Of a stretch of DNA of 64,000 bases, positions 30,766 through 41,705 are shown one piece after another. The position numbers and the translations under genes were made by a program. The stretch covers positions 97-64,096 of the forward strand of contig LBPS01000008.1 of assembly GCA_000990325.1 (NCBI GenBank). The letters run 5' to 3'. The stretch is from Candidatus Nomurabacteria bacterium GW2011_GWE2_34_25 (GTDB lineage Bacteria > Patescibacteriota > Minisyncoccia > Phycocordibacterales > UBA9973). How positions within the stretch are numbered: position 1 is the first letter of the stretch; each line of letters starts with the position of its first letter. Under the pieces are notes generated by a model. It saw only the letters and a list, made by a program, of their open reading frames with translations, did no database searches and had not been told where the DNA came from.

Positions 30766-31947
30766 GTGAATAGTCAACAGCTTAAGAAAATAGGGGTACC
30801 AGACAAGCCAGGGGTTTATTTTTTCCGTAAGGACAAAACTATACTTTATATAGGTAAGGCTACTTCGTTGCGGGATAGGGTAAAGAGCTATTTCTCAAAG
30901 GATATCATCGTTACCAGAGGGTCACATATATTAGATATGACGGTAAAAGCGGATAGGGTAGAATGGCAGGAGACGGATAGCGTTCTTGAATCTCTTATTT
31001 TAGAGGCAAATCTTATAAAGAAATTTAAGCCGAAATACAATACTAAAGAGAAGGATAACAAGAGCTTTAATTATGTTTGTATAACCAAAGAAAAGTTACC
31101 CAAAATTTTAATAGTTCGTGGTAGAGGAATGGATAAAAAGTTATATAGCAAAGTCTACGGTCCATTCCCAAATGGTCAGCAACTTAAAGAGGCAATGAAG
31201 ATTATTCGCAGAATTTTCCCATATTTTGACAATGATTCGTTAAAAAGGAATAATAGGGAATTTTACAAACAAATAGGACTAATTCCAGAAAAAGAATTTC
31301 AAGAAAATATAAAGAATATTAAGCTCTTATTTGAAGGAAAGAAGAAAAGTATTGTTATAAATCTTAAAGCTAAAATGGCAGCATTTTCAAAATCAAAAGA
31401 TTTTGAAAATGCTGCCAGAATTCGAGACCAAATATATGCCTTAAATCATATAAATGATATTTCCTTAATAAAAGAGGAAATATATGGAAGTCCGACTTCC
31501 ATATTTCGTATTGAAGCTTATGACGTGGCTCATATGGGAGGCAAGAATATGGTTGGAGTTATGACTGTTGTTGAGAATGGTGAAGTCAATAAAAGTGAAT
31601 ATAAGAAGTTTATTATCAGAACTCAAAGTGATGCCAATGACACAGGCGCACTCGAGGAAGTTCTTTCTCGTAGATTGCGTCATACAGAGTGGGGTTTGCC
31701 TAGTCTAATTGTTGTCGATGGTAGTACCGCCCAAGTAAATGTAGCTAAGAGAGTATTAAGTAGGTACCAGTTTGAGATACCAATAGTCGGAGTGGTGAAA
31801 GATGACAAACATAGACCAAAAGTGATAATAGGTAATGAAGAAATAATTAAAATATACAAAAAGCAGATCCTTCTTGCCAACAGTGAGTCACACAGATTTG
31901 CTATAACTTTCCATAAACAAAAGAGAAATAAAAGTTTTCTAAAATAG
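30766..31947 (+). CDS. uvrC: UvrC-like excinuclease (GIY-YIG plus RNase H-like domains, shortened)
   Basis: PDKPGVYFF, LYIGKATSLRDRVKSYF, RIEAYDVAH, LIVVDG, SESHRFAITFH. Confidence 0.9.
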   Translation: MNSQQLKKIGVPDKPGVYFFRKDKTILYIGKATSLRDRVKSYFSKDIIVTRGSHILDMTVKADRVEWQETDSVLESLILEANLIKKFKPKYNTKEKDNKSFNYVCITKEKLPKILIVRGRGMDKKLYSKVYGPFPNGQQLKEAMKIIRRIFPYFDNDSLKRNNREFYKQIGLIPEKEFQENIKNIKLLFEGKKKSIVINLKAKMAAFSKSKDFENAARIRDQIYALNHINDISLIKEEIYGSPTSIFRIEAYDVAHMGGKNMVGVMTVVENGEVNKSEYKKFIIRTQSDANDTGALEEVLSRRLRHTEWGLPSLIVVDGSTAQVNVAKRVLSRYQFEIPIVGVVKDDKHRPKVIIGNEEIIKIYKKQILLANSESHRFAITFHKQKRNKSFLK

Positions 31948-31970
31948 ATTATTGTTGATATAATATATTT

Positions 31971-32969
31971 ATGATAAAAGTTGGGGTTATACGTGGGGGG
32001 ACAAGTGGTGAGTACGAAGTATCTCTTAAGACAGGGAGCAATGTACTTTCTCATTTGAGGGGAGATAAGTTGAGTCAAACATATAAATCTATCGACATTC
32101 TTATCGATAAGGATGGAACTTGGCATATAAGTGGCAAGCCTGTATCGACAGCAGATGTATTCCATTCTGTGGATGTTATCTTCAATGCTTTGCATGGCGA
32201 CTTCGGAGAAGATGGCAAAGTTCAGCAAATGCTTGACCAGTGGAAGATTCCATATACTGGCTCAGGAGCTTTCGCTTCTGCCTTAGGATATAACAAAGTT
32301 TTAGCCAAAGAACAATTTAGTAGACTTGGAGTGAAGACACCCAATCATCTTGTCGTGTCTCAGTATCAAGAAGAGGATGGTGATTTTGAAACTTATGCTG
32401 TAAATGTTGCAAAGCAAATTCACGACAAGTTAGTACCTCCTTGGATAGTGAAGCCTCTTTCTGGTGGTTCTTCTGTTGGTATGAGAATGTGTAGGACTTA
32501 TCCAGAATTAATATCTGCTTTTATGGAAGGGGTAAACATGGAGACCGATGTTCTAGTAGAAGAACTTATAGAAGGGAAAGAAGCGACAGTAGGGGTTATA
32601 AATAATTTTCGTGATAAGGCTGTTTATGTGCTTCCTCCGATTGAGATAAGGATTCCTAAAAGCAAAGATTTTTTTGATTTTGAAGCAAAGTATACTGGAG
32701 TGTCAGAGGAAATTTGCCCTGGCAATTTCTCTCGTAGTGAAAAAGAGGAGCTCGAAAGACTAGCAGGAATTATTCATACAGGACTCAATCTCGATCATTA
32801 TTCTAGAAGTGATTTCATTGTACATCCGAAGAAGGGTATTTATGCGCTTGAAGTGAATACTTTACCAGGGCTAACCAACGAATCACTTGTTCCCAAAATG
32901 CTCAACGCTGTTGGGGCGACTGTCCCTGAATTTATTGATCACATTATTAAACTTGCATTAAAAAGGTAA
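31971..32969 (+). CDS. ddl: D-alanine--D-alanine ligase
   Basis: GGTSGEYEVSL, ALHGDFGEDG, GSSVG, LEVNTLPG. Confidence 0.93.
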   Translation: MIKVGVIRGGTSGEYEVSLKTGSNVLSHLRGDKLSQTYKSIDILIDKDGTWHISGKPVSTADVFHSVDVIFNALHGDFGEDGKVQQMLDQWKIPYTGSGAFASALGYNKVLAKEQFSRLGVKTPNHLVVSQYQEEDGDFETYAVNVAKQIHDKLVPPWIVKPLSGGSSVGMRMCRTYPELISAFMEGVNMETDVLVEELIEGKEATVGVINNFRDKAVYVLPPIEIRIPKSKDFFDFEAKYTGVSEEICPGNFSRSEKEELERLAGIIHTGLNLDHYSRSDFIVHPKKGIYALEVNTLPGLTNESLVPKMLNAVGATVPEFIDHIIKLALKR

Positions 32970-32970
32970 T

Positions 32971-33798
32971 ATGAAAATTTCTATTTTAGGTTATGGAACT
33001 TTTGGACAAGCTATTGCAACTCGTTTGATAATAAACGAACATGAAATTTTAATAAATGAAGTAAAAGGGAGCGACATGATACTTGTGGCAACTCCTTCGT
33101 ATAGAGTGAAAGAGGCTCTCTTAGAGCATAAAGATTTTATTATAAATCAGAAAATAATAATTTGTTCTAAAGGTTTTAATAAAGATGGGGATCTTATATC
33201 AACTGTCTTAGAAAAGGAATTCCCTCATAATTCAATTTATTTCTTATACGGTCCAACTTTAGCCGAAGGATTAATAAATGGAGATCTTTCAGCCATGGTC
33301 TTAGCTGGTGGAGCTGGTAAAGAAGAAATAAAGAAACAGATTGAATCACAGAATTTGAAAATTGAGTTAAGTAACGATGTAGTTGGAGTTCAAATAGGTG
33401 CTGCCATGAAAAATGTGGTAACTATTTTTGTGGGGATAGCTGAAGGAGCATCGTATGGCCAGAATACTCAAGCCTATATTTTTACTAAAGGATTACAAGA
33501 AATCCAGAAGTTGGGGGTTTCCTTGGGAGCAGAACCCAATACTTTTATGGGGTTAACATGTTCAGGGGACTTGTCTTTACGCTCTAGGAATCGTCTACTT
33601 GGGATTGAGATTGGCAAAGGGAGAAAGATAGAGGATATTTTAGCTAAGAAAAAATATATGCTGGAAGGATTGGCCACAATTAAAAATCACAAAAATATTA
33701 GTAGTAAACTCGGAGTAGAGTTACCGTTTGTTGATATTTTATTTTCGATAATTTTTGAAGGTGCCTCTATTGAGAAAGGGATAAGAAAGATTATATAG
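32971..33798 (+). CDS. gpsA: NAD(P)H-dependent glycerol-3-phosphate dehydrogenase
   Basis: GYGTFGQA, CSKG, GAAMKNV, GLTCSGDL, SRNR. Confidence 0.88.
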   Translation: MKISILGYGTFGQAIATRLIINEHEILINEVKGSDMILVATPSYRVKEALLEHKDFIINQKIIICSKGFNKDGDLISTVLEKEFPHNSIYFLYGPTLAEGLINGDLSAMVLAGGAGKEEIKKQIESQNLKIELSNDVVGVQIGAAMKNVVTIFVGIAEGASYGQNTQAYIFTKGLQEIQKLGVSLGAEPNTFMGLTCSGDLSLRSRNRLLGIEIGKGRKIEDILAKKKYMLEGLATIKNHKNISSKLGVELPFVDILFSIIFEGASIEKGIRKII

Positions 33799-34394
33799 TT
33801 TCTGTATTTTCTAATTTGTTTTCTTTTCGAAATAAATCTATCACAAAGAATGTGATCTTAATTCCGTTACCAGATAGATTAAAGAGTATTGCCACAGTGA
33901 AAAGTGACAAAGCCAGACTATTACTCAAAAAAGAAACAGCAATGGCGACAATAGCAGAACCAACAGGGAAGAGAATATGCATGTTAGCATGTTCATTTTC
34001 TTTTTTGGTGAAAGGCATATTTTCTATTGTCCCAGATTTTATCACATAGTTACGCATTTTAAACAGTGTAAGCCCAATGAAAATAATATTTAAAGCAAAG
34101 AAAATAATAGCAGTTTCAGAATTTACATATTGTCCCAAGAAACGAGAAGAGAAAGGTACAAGAGCAACAAAGAAAAGAAAAATTCCATTTAAATTTGAAA
34201 ACTTGGTATCAATATTTTTAGCAAGGACTGAAGCTATGAGGTGATGCGATCTCCAGTAAGTGAAAAGTAAAGAAAAACTAAGTAAATAGCTTAAGAAGAG
34301 GGGTGCCATTTCTACAAGTGTATTTAAGAGATGTTGTTCTGTGACTAATCCTGTATATGCCATCGGAAAGTTGATCTAATCTTGATTGTTTCAT
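33791..34394 (-). CDS. TMEM175-family K+ channel-like membrane protein, frameshifted near 34358
   Basis: ATG 34394 gives MKQSRLDQLSDGI (RLxxxSDG motif); the frame then shifts to the LSYLLSF...YWRSHH...LVPFSS body. Confidence 0.75.
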
Positions 34395-34421
34395 ATTTTT
34401 TATTATACCATATGAATTATT

Positions 34422-34956
34422 TTATTTAAATATCTCATCTACAAGAGTTAGAACCCCTTTTCTTGTTTTATTCGAGAAGGGGATTATAAGGTGGTCGCCA
34501 ACCACTTTTTTAATTTCTGCCATTTTTTTATGATAGTCGGATTGCTTTAGTTTATCTATCTTATTAGCCACGATTATGAAGTCTTTATGATGATTTCTAA
34601 GCTCGTTTAGCATGAGTATATCTTTGTCTGTCATGCCGACACCAGCATCGATAATCATCACAACTTTCTTTTGAGTATATATAGAGTTAAAAAGATATGA
34701 ATCTATAAGTTCTCCTATTTTCTCACGACCCAAGCCTGAAGCACGAGCGAAGCCGTATCCAGGCAAGTCTACCAAGTAGAAGGCATTATTTATCAGGAAT
34801 ATATTTATCTCTTGAGTTCTTCCTGGGAAGGAACTAGTACGGGCTTGATTTACCAACGTTCGAGCGCCCTATAAAGGCTATCTGGGGTATACCATCGGCT
34901 AGTATCTCATCATCTCCGACGATACCCTTCATGAATTTTGTAGTTGTTATTAACAT
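34422..34956 (-). CDS. engB: Ribosome biogenesis GTPase EngB/YihA, frameshifted near 34844
   Basis: ATG 34956 gives ...IAFIGRSNVGKSS; a second frame gives ARTSSFPGRTQ, DLPGYG, NKIDK. Confidence 0.88.
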
Positions 34957-35085
34957 ATTCACATATTAACAGATAAATGGTATTTGAGCTAAGTCGTGGT
35001 ATAATTTAATAGGTAGTTAATTGACATAAATATAAAAGGATAATTTAAAGCAGAAGTATTTTATTAATAATTTTTCATAAAATAT

Positions 35086-35517
35086 ATGACAATTTATTTT
35101 GAGTGGTCAGATGATCTTTCTGTTGGAGATGAAGTTATTGATTCTCAACACAAAAGATTATTGATCCAAATCAATAAAATTCTGGACGCCGTTGCTTTTG
35201 GTGTAGATTCCAAAGAAGTTCATGATAACATGATCCCGTTTTTAGATGAGTACATCAAAGAGCATTTTTGTTACGAAGAAGAATATATGAAGCAGATGAA
35301 TTATCCTAATATTAAGAGACACAAAAGAGAACATCATAATTTTATAAAAAATTACATTAAATTTAAAAAAGAATTTGAGAATGGAGCAGACAAGAAAGAA
35401 TTGATATCTAGAGTAGAAATATTTATGGGGACTTGGTGGATAAGACACATAGGAAAGGAAGACAAGGACTACCAGTTATTTTTAAAAAATCAAAAGAAAA
35501 ATAATAAAACACACTAA
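35086..35517 (+). CDS. Bacteriohemerythrin
   Basis: WSDDLSVG, IDSQHK, HFCYEE, HKREH, HIGKED. Confidence 0.92.
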   Translation: MTIYFEWSDDLSVGDEVIDSQHKRLLIQINKILDAVAFGVDSKEVHDNMIPFLDEYIKEHFCYEEEYMKQMNYPNIKRHKREHHNFIKNYIKFKKEFENGADKKELISRVEIFMGTWWIRHIGKEDKDYQLFLKNQKKNNKTH

Positions 35518-35550
35518 AATAACCTTATATTATAAGGTTATTTTACGCTG

Positions 35551-35624
35551 TGGACCCTACAGGACTCGAACCTGCCACCTCCTCATTGCAAATGAGGCGC
35601 TCTAGCCAGATGAGCTAAGGGCCC
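35551..35624 (-). tRNA. tRNA-Ala(TGC)
   Basis: Cloverleaf with G3:U70 pair; anticodon arm CCTCA-TTTGCAA-TGAGG. Confidence 0.95.
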
Positions 35625-35698
35625 AGCTAAATATCTCTCTATATTACCGTATTTTTAATTTTTTGCAAGACTGACTGATATTTTTATGTTGTTTTATT

Positions 35699-36994
35699 CT
35701 AGAACAGTGATATTGTCGCCGCTACAGCCGTGATACTCATAAGTATTGTAGCTATCCATCCTAGGGTTTTTGTGATAGGTTTATTTTTAAATTCACCCAT
35801 GATTTTTTGACTACTACTTATTTTTACTATAAAAACAAGAATTACAGGAGCTACTATTCCGTTGGCTATGGCAGAGTAGAGTAGTGCCTTTATGGGATCA
35901 ATACCAATAAAATTTAAAATTATTCCTATAATTATAGAAACAGCTATGACTCCATAGAAAGCATGAGCGGTTTTCCATTTACGATAAAGACCCTCTTTCC
36001 ACCCAAAGCTTTCAGTTATGGCATATGCAGTTGAACCGGCCAAGACTGGTATCGCTAGCAATCCAGTCCCGATGATTCCAATTGCAAAAAGAAGCGTTGC
36101 GAATGATCCCGCAAGAGGTTTCAATGCTAAGGCAGCATCAGCAGCTGTTTCTATGTTTGTGATTCCGTTTACAAAAAGAGTGTTTGCACATACTGCGATA
36201 ATGAAGAACATTACGAGATTTGAGAGGAACATTCCAACCCATATGTCCATTCGCATTTCTTTTATTTCACTATGAGTTGTTCCTTTACGTGAAGCTAAAG
36301 TTTTTTTACCATCCATTATTTCTTCCTCGATTTCCTCTGATGTTTGCCAGAAGAATAAATATGGAGAGATGGTTGTTCCCAGTATTCCAGTTATAAGTAA
36401 AATTTGAGTTTTTGAAAATGTTATATGAGGAATGATTCCGTCACGAAGAAGCAGAGACCAATCCATGTGGATTATAAGGCCAGTAACGATGTATGAGAAG
36501 ACCGCGATAACGAGCCATTTCAAATATTTTGTGTAAATACGATAAGGGACGATTATTTCTAAAAGTAGGCCTGCAATTCCAGTGAAAATAACAAGAAAAA
36601 CAAAAGAAGCCTTTGGAGCTAGTAGTTGCACTGCTTTGGCCATCGCCCCTAAGTCAGCTCCGATGTTTAATGTATTTGCAAAGAAGAGTAATATTGTACA
36701 AATATAAAGAATTTTCTTTGGGAAATTTCTTTTGATATTTGAAGCAAGTCCACGCCCTGTGACCATCGCTATACGAGCACACATTTCTTGGACTGTAGAT
36801 ACAAGTGGATAAATCCAGAGGGCCATCCAGAGTAATCCTGTTCCGTATTGAGCTCCTGTTTGTGAATAAGTAGTGATTCCAGAAGGATCATCATCTGCTG
36901 CTCCTGTTATGACTCCTGGTCCAATTTTTTTAAGATAATCTATTTTATCTTTCGATAAAGATTCTGTATTTTCTACTAATTCTTTTTCTTTCAT
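35699..36994 (-). CDS. NRAMP-family divalent metal transporter
   Basis: GPGVITGAADDDPSGITTYSQ, GTTISPYLFFWQ, multi-TM; start taken at ATG 36994. Confidence 0.9.
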   Translation of the reverse strand: MKEKELVENTESLSKDKIDYLKKIGPGVITGAADDDPSGITTYSQTGAQYGTGLLWMALWIYPLVSTVQEMCARIAMVTGRGLASNIKRNFPKKILYICTILLFFANTLNIGADLGAMAKAVQLLAPKASFVFLVIFTGIAGLLLEIIVPYRIYTKYLKWLVIAVFSYIVTGLIIHMDWSLLLRDGIIPHITFSKTQILLITGILGTTISPYLFFWQTSEEIEEEIMDGKKTLASRKGTTHSEIKEMRMDIWVGMFLSNLVMFFIIAVCANTLFVNGITNIETAADAALALKPLAGSFATLLFAIGIIGTGLLAIPVLAGSTAYAITESFGWKEGLYRKWKTAHAFYGVIAVSIIIGIILNFIGIDPIKALLYSAIANGIVAPVILVFIVKISSSQKIMGEFKNKPITKTLGWIATILMSITAVAATISLF

Positions 36995-37129
36995 ATGAGA
37001 TGTATTATAACAACAAAAGAGGAGCACAACAAATGAATACTAATTCAATTTGTTGATGTCCGAGAGCCGTTGTTATATCGTACTCGATATACTTTTTATT
37101 ATAATTTGATACAATAAGGGTATCACTTT

Positions 37130-38623
37130 ATGGCACTAAATAAACCAAACAAAATCCAGATTATTAAGTATGCTCCACCACCACCAGATCTTCCAACTTT
37201 AGGTAGGGTAGATCCGAGTGATGTGACCTTTATCGGCCGTACGAATTATGTAGCTTCTTTAGAAGAAAAGAAGTTCGTTTTCGGATTCAAGCGTATTGAT
37301 CGTCGCCGTCATTTATACATTATTGGAAAGTCTGGCGTTGGTAAGTCAAAGCTTCAAGAATTGATGATTCGTCAAGATATAGCTTACGGACATGGTGTCT
37401 GTATTATTGATCCTCACGGAGAGCTTATAGAAGACATCTTGAATTTTATTCCAGAGGAGCGTATTGAAGATGTCTGTATTATTGATCCAGGAGATATAGA
37501 GTTCCCATCTTCATTTAATCCACTTGCAAATATTGATCCAACGTTCAAGCATCAACTAACCCAAGGATTGATCGAAGTTCTCCGTAAGCAATTCGGTGCC
37601 AACTGGACTCCACGTTTGGAGCACGTTTTCCGTTTTACAGTCCTAGCTCTTCTCGATTATCCGTTTGCAACAATGCGTGGGATGATTAGTATGCTTACTG
37701 ACAGAAATTATCGTCAGAAAGTAGTTGAATATATCGAAGACGACATGGTCAAACGCTTCTGGGCAATAGAATTCGCGGACTGGTCTGAGAAGTTCGATAC
37801 GGATGCCATCATCCCTTTGGTGAACAAGCTTGGGCAATTTCTTTCTGACCCAATGCTTCGAAATATTTTCGGACAAAAAGAAAACAAAATAGACCTCGAA
37901 GAAATAATGAACGGACAAAAGATTCTCTTAATCAATCTTTCCAAAGGTAAGATTGGGGAAGAGAATTCATCATTCTTCGGAGCCATGTTCCTAACGAAGA
38001 TTAAGCAAGCGGGTATGGCTCGTGCCAAGCTTGAGCCGAAAGATCGTGCGGACTTTTACTTATATGTCGATGAGTTCCAGAACATTGTTACAGATACTTT
38101 TGAAAACATTCTTTCCGAAGCTCGTAAGTACGGATTGAACCTTATTGTTGCCCACCAGTACGTCGCTCAGCTTTTACCTAAAGTTCAGCAAGCAGTTTTA
38201 GGAAATGTGGGATCTATTATTACCTTCCGTGTGGGAGGAGATGATGCGACGAAGCTCAAGCCAGAGTTTGCTCCAGTTTTCGACGTGAAAGATATGATCA
38301 ACTTAGGAGTGGGGGAATTCTATGTCAAAATGACGATAGATGGAGAGAGTTATGATCCATTTTCTGGAGAAACTTTACAAGTACTCCCCGCTACTCATCC
38401 GTCTTATAGACAAAGAATCATAGAAGCTTCTCGTCGTAAGTACTCCATACCAGCAGGTGATGCACAGAGGCTCATTGCCGAAGAAGAAGCTACTATCATC
38501 CGCAGCGCCCAAGAGAAAGCTGCTATTACAGGAAATAAAAAAGAAGAAAAAGACGAAGACGCCAATGACAATAAAAAAGAAGAAATAAAGAAAGAAGAAA
38601 AAGGAGGGGAACCATTAATATAA
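37130..38623 (+). CDS. VirD4/TraD/HerA-like P-loop ATPase, copy 1
   Basis: HLYIIGKSGVGKS Walker A, IDPHGE, LYVDEFQN Walker B, SEARKYGL, AHQY. Confidence 0.88.
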   Translation: MALNKPNKIQIIKYAPPPPDLPTLGRVDPSDVTFIGRTNYVASLEEKKFVFGFKRIDRRRHLYIIGKSGVGKSKLQELMIRQDIAYGHGVCIIDPHGELIEDILNFIPEERIEDVCIIDPGDIEFPSSFNPLANIDPTFKHQLTQGLIEVLRKQFGANWTPRLEHVFRFTVLALLDYPFATMRGMISMLTDRNYRQKVVEYIEDDMVKRFWAIEFADWSEKFDTDAIIPLVNKLGQFLSDPMLRNIFGQKENKIDLEEIMNGQKILLINLSKGKIGEENSSFFGAMFLTKIKQAGMARAKLEPKDRADFYLYVDEFQNIVTDTFENILSEARKYGLNLIVAHQYVAQLLPKVQQAVLGNVGSIITFRVGGDDATKLKPEFAPVFDVKDMINLGVGEFYVKMTIDGESYDPFSGETLQVLPATHPSYRQRIIEASRRKYSIPAGDAQRLIAEEEATIIRSAQEKAAITGNKKEEKDEDANDNKKEEIKKEEKGGEPLI

Positions 38624-38662
38624 TTACTGATTACAAATTACTAATTAATAATTTAAAAAATT

Positions 38663-40306
38663 ATGAAAAAGATTTGTGAACATTGCCAGAAAGAATTCAT
38701 TATTACTGATATAGAGAAATCTTTAAGTGAAAAGATTGGACTAGAATTATCTACCGTCTGTTCAAGGTGTCTTTTAAAACAGCAGTTGTCTTTTTGGTTA
38801 TTTGGTAAATTTCGTAAAAGTAAATCTGATTTATCAGGTGAGAGTTTTATAACTGTATTACCAGAAAGTCGTTATCCACTTTACTCACTAAAGGAATGGT
38901 ATAGTGATGCTTGGGATGCGATGGATTACGGAGCGAAATACAATCCAAGTGAATCATTTTTTAAACAACTACAATCTCTTCAAGAGAAAGTTCCTCACCC
39001 TCATCAAAATGGAATTAATAATACAGGATGTGATTATTGTGATGATGTTTGGAGTTGCAAGAATTGTTATTTAGCTCGATCTATGGTTGATTGTGAAGAT
39101 CTTTTATATTCTTACCGAAACATTAAGGTTAAAAATTCTATAGATGTAGCTATATGCTTTAGTTCCGAGAGATGTTTTTGTTCTCTTAATTGTATGAATT
39201 CATATAAACTTTTCTATTCTAGAGATTCAAAAGATTGCATAGATTCATATTTTCTTTTTGATTGTCGCAACTGCCAGAATTGCTTCATGTGCTGTAATTT
39301 AAGAGGGAAGAGTTATTGTATAGAGAATGTACAGTATACAAAAGAAGAATACAATGAAAAACTAAAAGATTTTAATTTAGGTTCATATTCTCAAATTAAA
39401 CTGTTTAAAGAACATTTTGAAGAAATGCTTAAAAATGTAGCAATCCATAGATTAAATTTTAATCTTAAAACTTATAATTCTACTGGTAACAATTTATTAA
39501 ATGTAAATAATTGTATAAATTGTAATACTATTTCTGATTCAGAAGATTGTGTTAATTGTACAAGAGGTACTAAAACCAAATCCTCTTTAAATTATGCTGG
39601 ATGTTTTGAAGGAGAGTTGCTAGGTAGTTGTAGTGGTTGTGTGAATGCATATAATTTGAAATATTCTTCTTGGTCTTCGTCAAGATATTCTGAATATTTG
39701 GATTTGTGTATTGACTGTGAATATTGTTTTGGCTGTGTGGGGCTTAAGAAGAAAAAGTATTGTATTTTAAACAAGCAATACACCAAAGAAGAGTATGAAA
39801 AATTAAAAGATGAAATTATAAATAAAATGAAAGAAGACGGAGAGTATGGCAAGTTCTTACCTTACTCTATGAGTCCAGGACCATTCAATTTCTCAACTAG
39901 TTATTTATATTTCCCCAATACGACCAAGGAAGAAATTTTGAAATTGGGTGGTTATTGGCAAGACATAGATGAAAGCAATATAGAGGGTATGTCCACAAGT
40001 GAATTGCCTGACTCTATAGATGATGTGGATGAAAGTATTTGTACCAAAGCATTGATTTGTCCTCTGACTGGTTGGCGTTTCAATATTTCCAACAATGAAT
40101 TAGGATTTTATAAACAGTACAATATTCCACTTCCTCGTAAGCATTTTGATGTAAGAATAAAAGATCTGTTGAAATATTCAACTGTACTAGAAACAACTCC
40201 ATATAATTGTTATTATTGCAAAAACAAAATAGAAGCTTTTTATCCGAGTGAATGGGGGTACAAGAATATTGCTTGCGAAAGTTGTTATCAACAGAATTTA
40301 AACTAA
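38663..40306 (+). CDS. Cys-rich repeat / zinc-ribbon hypothetical protein, paralog 3 (most divergent)
   Basis: CEHCQKEF, CFGCVGLKKKKYCILNKQYTKEEY, C-terminal ACESCYQQ. Confidence 0.88.
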   Translation: MKKICEHCQKEFIITDIEKSLSEKIGLELSTVCSRCLLKQQLSFWLFGKFRKSKSDLSGESFITVLPESRYPLYSLKEWYSDAWDAMDYGAKYNPSESFFKQLQSLQEKVPHPHQNGINNTGCDYCDDVWSCKNCYLARSMVDCEDLLYSYRNIKVKNSIDVAICFSSERCFCSLNCMNSYKLFYSRDSKDCIDSYFLFDCRNCQNCFMCCNLRGKSYCIENVQYTKEEYNEKLKDFNLGSYSQIKLFKEHFEEMLKNVAIHRLNFNLKTYNSTGNNLLNVNNCINCNTISDSEDCVNCTRGTKTKSSLNYAGCFEGELLGSCSGCVNAYNLKYSSWSSSRYSEYLDLCIDCEYCFGCVGLKKKKYCILNKQYTKEEYEKLKDEIINKMKEDGEYGKFLPYSMSPGPFNFSTSYLYFPNTTKEEILKLGGYWQDIDESNIEGMSTSELPDSIDDVDESICTKALICPLTGWRFNISNNELGFYKQYNIPLPRKHFDVRIKDLLKYSTVLETTPYNCYYCKNKIEAFYPSEWGYKNIACESCYQQNLN

Positions 40307-40311
40307 ACATA

Positions 40312-40328
40312 CACAGGTCTGACCTGTG
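40312..40328. repeat. REP-like short palindrome, copy 2
   Basis: cacaggtctgacctgtg right after the paralog 3 stop. Confidence 0.6.
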
Positions 40329-40333
40329 ACAGG

Positions 40334-40361
40334 TTGCATTTTTATTATATTGTGTTATAGT
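40334..40361 (+). promoter_or_regulatory. Putative sigma70 promoter of the Bacteroidota-type sigma gene
   Basis: TTGCAT, 16-nt spacer, TATAGT with a TG extended -10; GGAGG upstream of ATG 40425. Confidence 0.5.
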
Positions 40362-40424
40362 TTGAGCAAAATTTATCTTTGAAATATAACCAAAATCACC
40401 CACAAAGGAGGGGTTATTCACCAT

Positions 40425-41285
40425 ATGAGACAATTAAAGATTACAAAATCGATCACAATGCGCGAGAGCGCTTCCCTGGACAAGTATTTACAAGAGATTG
40501 AGAAAGAAGAACTTGTAACTCTTGAGGAAGAAGTGGAGTTAGCCCAGCGGATAAAAAAGGGTGATCGGGTAGCACTGGAGAAACTTACAAGAGCAAACTT
40601 GCGTTTCGTAGTTTCTGTAGCTAAACAGTACCAGAATCAGGGATTAAGTTTACCCGACCTTATCAATGAAGGTAATCTGGGATTGATTAAAGCCGCCGAG
40701 AAGTTTGATGAAACCAGAGGGTTCAAATTTATTTCCTATGCTGTATGGTGGATTCGTCAATCCATTTTGCAGGCATTGGCCGAGCAATCCAGAATTGTGC
40801 GGTTGCCTTTGAATCAACTTGGTTCGTTGAACAAAATCAACAAGGCATTTTCCAAACTGGAACAGGAGTATGAACGAAAGCCGACACCCGATGAGCTTGC
40901 CGAATCATTAGATCTCCCTGCCGACAAAGTGGCTGATACCCTTCGTATTTCAGGCCGTCATATTTCTTTTAATGCTCCTTTTGTTGAAGGAGAAGATAAC
41001 AGTTTGTTGGATGTTTTAATCAACAACGATTCGCCAAATGCTGACAGAGGTTTAATGATGGAGTCATTGGCCAGAGAAATTAAACGAGCTTTGGCAACTT
41101 TAACTGAACGGGAAAGCGATATTATTCGGTTCTTCTTCGGAATTGGCTGCCAGGCAATGACCCTTGAAGAAATTGGTGAACGTTTTGGACTAACCCGGGA
41201 ACGTGTACGTCAGATGAAGGAAAAAGCAATTCGCCGGTTAAGACACAGCTCAAGAAGTAAATTATTAAAAACATATCTCGGATAA
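40425..41285 (+). CDS. Sigma-70 factor of the Bacteroidota primary-sigma type (no region 1.1)
   Basis: [88 protein letters not shown]. Confidence 0.93.
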   Translation: MRQLKITKSITMRESASLDKYLQEIEKEELVTLEEEVELAQRIKKGDRVALEKLTRANLRFVVSVAKQYQNQGLSLPDLINEGNLGLIKAAEKFDETRGFKFISYAVWWIRQSILQALAEQSRIVRLPLNQLGSLNKINKAFSKLEQEYERKPTPDELAESLDLPADKVADTLRISGRHISFNAPFVEGEDNSLLDVLINNDSPNADRGLMMESLAREIKRALATLTERESDIIRFFFGIGCQAMTLEEIGERFGLTRERVRQMKEKAIRRLRHSSRSKLLKTYLG

Positions 41286-41295
41286 CGAGATATTA

Positions 41296-41330
41296 GGAGG
41301 GATTCTCACTACATGGGAATCCCTCTTTTT
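41296..41330 (+). terminator. Rho-independent terminator
   Basis: gagggattctca-ctaca-tgggaatccctc followed by a T-tract. Confidence 0.75.
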
Positions 41331-41398
41331 GTTTACAAATTCAAGGAGAGTGTTACAATTATATTGTAAAGGTCGTAGTTAGCTTATCTATATATTTT

Positions 41399-41704
41399 AT
41401 GGTTTTTATATATACAACGTGTGAAAATATGGAAGAGGCAAAGAAACTAGGCGGACTTATAATAGATCAGAAGATCGCCGCTTGTGTAGATTTCTGGTCA
41501 ATATCATCTTGTTATAATTGGGAGGGGGAGTCAAAATGCGTAGAACAAGCCATGCTCCTTATTACAACCTTTGAAGCGAAGCTTGATGCTGTGAATCAGA
41601 TAATTTCTGAGAATCATACTTACAGTGTCCCTCTTATTGCTGGGGTCGATGTTCGTCGTATTAATCACCCTTACAAAGAATGGATGATGAAAGAAATAGT
41701 TTAA
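41399..41704 (+). CDS. cutA: Divalent-cation tolerance protein CutA
   Basis: IYTTC, KIAACV, YNWEG, NHTYSVP. Confidence 0.88.
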   Translation: MVFIYTTCENMEEAKKLGGLIIDQKIAACVDFWSISSCYNWEGESKCVEQAMLLITTFEAKLDAVNQIISENHTYSVPLIAGVDVRRINHPYKEWMMKEIV

Positions 41705-41705
41705 A

